Both the position numbers and the translations under genes were made by a program. The notes under the pieces are model-generated. The model did not search any database. It worked only from the letters and a program-made list of their open reading frames with translations, and was not told where the DNA came from. A stretch of 64,000 nucleotides of DNA from Parcubacteria group bacterium. Lineage in GTDB: Bacteria > Patescibacteriota > Minisyncoccia > Moranbacterales > GCA-2747515. Shown here in pieces: positions 62,120-64,000 of this stretch (its first letter is position 1; every line of letters begins with the position of its first letter). The stretch lies in contig JBAZXC010000001.1 of assembly GCA_041660065.1 (NCBI GenBank), forward strand, positions 392,535-456,534. Direction: 5' to 3'.

Positions 62120-62818
62120 TTAAAGCGACAAGTAGAAGAAAATATTCCACATAAACATTATTCCTCCATAGAAAATGGAAGAAAAAACGGGGATCACCAG
62201 CAGTGCGATAATAATGAGAAATCCCCATTGTTCAAAAAACATTTGTGTCTGCGGTCTCATGCGAAAGAAAACATATAATATCTTCGATCCGTCCAGTGGC
62301 GGGATCGGAATGATATTAAACGTCCCCAGCAGTACATTCCAAAATATCACCATCGCGCAAAGTGTGAACAGCACCATCGCCGGTGACCCAACAATGTTTT
62401 GTGCAACAGCATACCATTGCGCGCTCATCAAGTTATTTATCACGATCATTTTTTGATCCACAGAAACATTGATCATCGATGCGATCAGTGCCGCAATCAA
62501 TGCGATAATATAATTTGTGATTGGCCCGGAAAATGCAACGATCACCTCTCCCCATTTTTTGATCCGCAAATTGTTGGGATTATATGGCACAGGCTTCGCC
62601 CATCCAAACGCAAATCCCGTCATGACGATCATGACAATCGGCAAGACGATCGACCCAATGAGATCAATGTGACGCAATGGTTCCAATGAAAGTCTCCCCG
62701 CATATTTAGCCGTCTTGTCTCCCAACCACAGTGCAACAACACCATGCGACACCTCATGCAAGATGATGCTGTAAATAAGGATGATCAAATAAAAGACAAT
62801 CAAAAAAAATTGTTCCAT
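62120..62818 (-). CDS. site-2 protease family (M50) zinc metalloprotease
   Basis: HEVSHGVVA HExxH in TM1. Polytopic. LDGS motif. Confidence 0.7.
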   Translation of the reverse strand: MEQFFLIVFYLIILIYSIILHEVSHGVVALWLGDKTAKYAGRLSLEPLRHIDLIGSIVLPIVMIVMTGFAFGWAKPVPYNPNNLRIKKWGEVIVAFSGPITNYIIALIAALIASMINVSVDQKMIVINNLMSAQWYAVAQNIVGSPAMVLFTLCAMVIFWNVLLGTFNIIPIPPLDGSKILYVFFRMRPQTQMFFEQWGFLIIIALLVIPVFSSIFYGGIMFMWNIFFYLSL

Positions 62819-62992
62819 AATCGCGCAACAATACGGTGATAAAATCTTACTCCTTTATCATTATATACCACATTCAACCTCTTGGTAAGACACAAGGTCA
62901 CCAGTCATTGCATGCCGATAGACAAACTTTGTTTCACTCGCAATAACATATGCATAATATGTATTGCCTACATTTATTAAAAAATGGAACAA

Positions 62993-63952
62993 CTATGCGC
63001 CTCCATGTGATTGTCGCGCCTTCATGAGTTCGATCGGTTCGGTAAATACCATATTTTCTTTTACAGTACTTACATGTTTTACAATCGCACTATCCTGTAC
63101 AAAACGACCTACAATTTCTTGCACTTTATACTCAGGCGCACTTGCACCGGCACTGATCCCGACATGCTCAATGCCTTCAAGCCAGTCTGACTGAATTTCC
63201 TCAACAGAATCGATGAGATATGCGTGGCATCCATTTTGTTCTGCAACTTCTCGCAAACGATTAGAGTTTGATGATGTCTTCGATCCGACAATCAGCATAA
63301 GATCAACCATGTGTGACACGTGGCGAATAGCCTTCTGACGATTCGTCGTCGCGTAACAAATATCCTTTGCCGGCGGCTCTACGATCTGTGCACACCGCTT
63401 TTTGATCGTTTCAATAATTTCCCTTGTTTCATCAACACTCAGTGTCGTCTGTGTCAAACATGCGACCTTTTCATTCGGTTCACAAAATATTTGTTCTGCG
63501 TCTGCGACACTCTCTATAGTAGGCACATCAACACCATACTGAAGCGCCTCGCCAATCACCCCCAGACCTTCCACATGCCCTTTATGTCCGATATAAATGA
63601 TCTTATATCCATCTCTGATATATTGCTTGATCTCCATATGCACTTTTGCGACCAATGGACATGTTGCATCAATAACGCGAATATTGCGCCTCACGGCCTC
63701 CTCATAGTGTTCCGGCGGTGACCCGTGTGCGCTGAACACAGCGACCGATCCTTCCGGAATATCAGAAACGTGTTCCACTGTGATTACGCCTTTTTTTTCC
63801 AGATCACTTACAACAGTTTTATTATGCACGATCGCATGTTTGACATAAATTGGTGCACCAAAGATTTCCAAGCAATCTTCCACCACTTTGATCGACCGCG
63901 CCACGCCGGCACAAAAACCGCGCGGTGACACAACAATAACCTCTTTTATCAT
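62993..63952 (-). CDS. ispH: 4-hydroxy-3-methylbut-2-enyl diphosphate reductase
   Basis: SPRGFCAGVARS. Conserved Cys/His positions of IspH/LytB. Confidence 0.85.
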   Translation of the reverse strand: MIKEVIVVSPRGFCAGVARSIKVVEDCLEIFGAPIYVKHAIVHNKTVVSDLEKKGVITVEHVSDIPEGSVAVFSAHGSPPEHYEEAVRRNIRVIDATCPLVAKVHMEIKQYIRDGYKIIYIGHKGHVEGLGVIGEALQYGVDVPTIESVADAEQIFCEPNEKVACLTQTTLSVDETREIIETIKKRCAQIVEPPAKDICYATTNRQKAIRHVSHMVDLMLIVGSKTSSNSNRLREVAEQNGCHAYLIDSVEEIQSDWLEGIEHVGISAGASAPEYKVQEIVGRFVQDSAIVKHVSTVKENMVFTEPIELMKARQSHGGA

Positions 63953-63984
63953 AAAAATATCATCAAAAGTTAATTTCCACCTTT

Positions 63985-64000
63985 GTCATCCTGAACTTGT
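63985..64000. repeat. partial copy of nested-palindrome repeat (GTCATCCTGAACTTGT...) cut by window end
   Basis: Identical to the first 16 nt of the repeat at 26028. Confidence 0.5.

Overview
This 64-kb window is densely coded, mostly on the minus strand, and low-GC. By eye, housekeeping DNA is roughly 38-42% GC. The gene content suggests a small-genome, Patescibacteria/CPR-like bacterium: EF-Ts is short, AlaRS is short, tRNAs lack an encoded CCA, and standard stop codons appear to be used. The lineage call is inference only.

Housekeeping core:
- tsf-rpsB, rpmE and prfA.
- A type IV pilin next to a surface-polysaccharide cluster (Wzx-like flippase, GT4, O-antigen ligase-like, Wzz-like, GT2).
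- A MacAB-like four-gene exporter (HlyD-like adaptor, ABC ATPase, two FtsX permeases).
- Malic enzyme, a thioredoxin-like protein, and rpmB-rpmG.
- A division/cell-wall block: mraZ-rsmH-ftsL-ftsI-murF.
- alaS.
- A complete F-type ATP synthase operon, atpZ/I-B-E-F-H-A-G-[insert]-D-C.
- rseP, frr, murD, a D-aminoacylase-like amidohydrolase, an M50 protease and ispH.

Accessory and unusual content:
- A tRNA island at 4.1-5.2 kb (Trp, Thr, Tyr, Thr). A small GIY-YIG nuclease gene there is nested between an intact tRNA-Trp and two tRNA-Trp pseudo-copies that carry the same 29-nt hairpin insertion in the D-loop.
- A two-gene putative abortive-infection-like module (a 409-aa AIPR/DGQHR-like protein plus a 286-aa protein with a C-terminal Rx4H/HEPN-like motif), immediately beside that tRNA island.
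- A roughly 4.3-kb GC-elevated block of five secreted or lipoprotein genes.
- A TraD/TraG/VirD4-like coupling-protein ATPase that lacks the usual membrane anchor. It has a C-terminal zinc ribbon, and is flanked by a separate membrane protein and by a sigma-region-4 plus HARE-HTH protein.
- tRNA-Ile and tRNA-Ala, with a tRNA-Ile pseudo-copy that carries a GC-rich palindrome inserted in its D-loop.
- At least four families of small palindromic or MITE-like intergenic repeats.

No rRNA or CRISPR array was seen.
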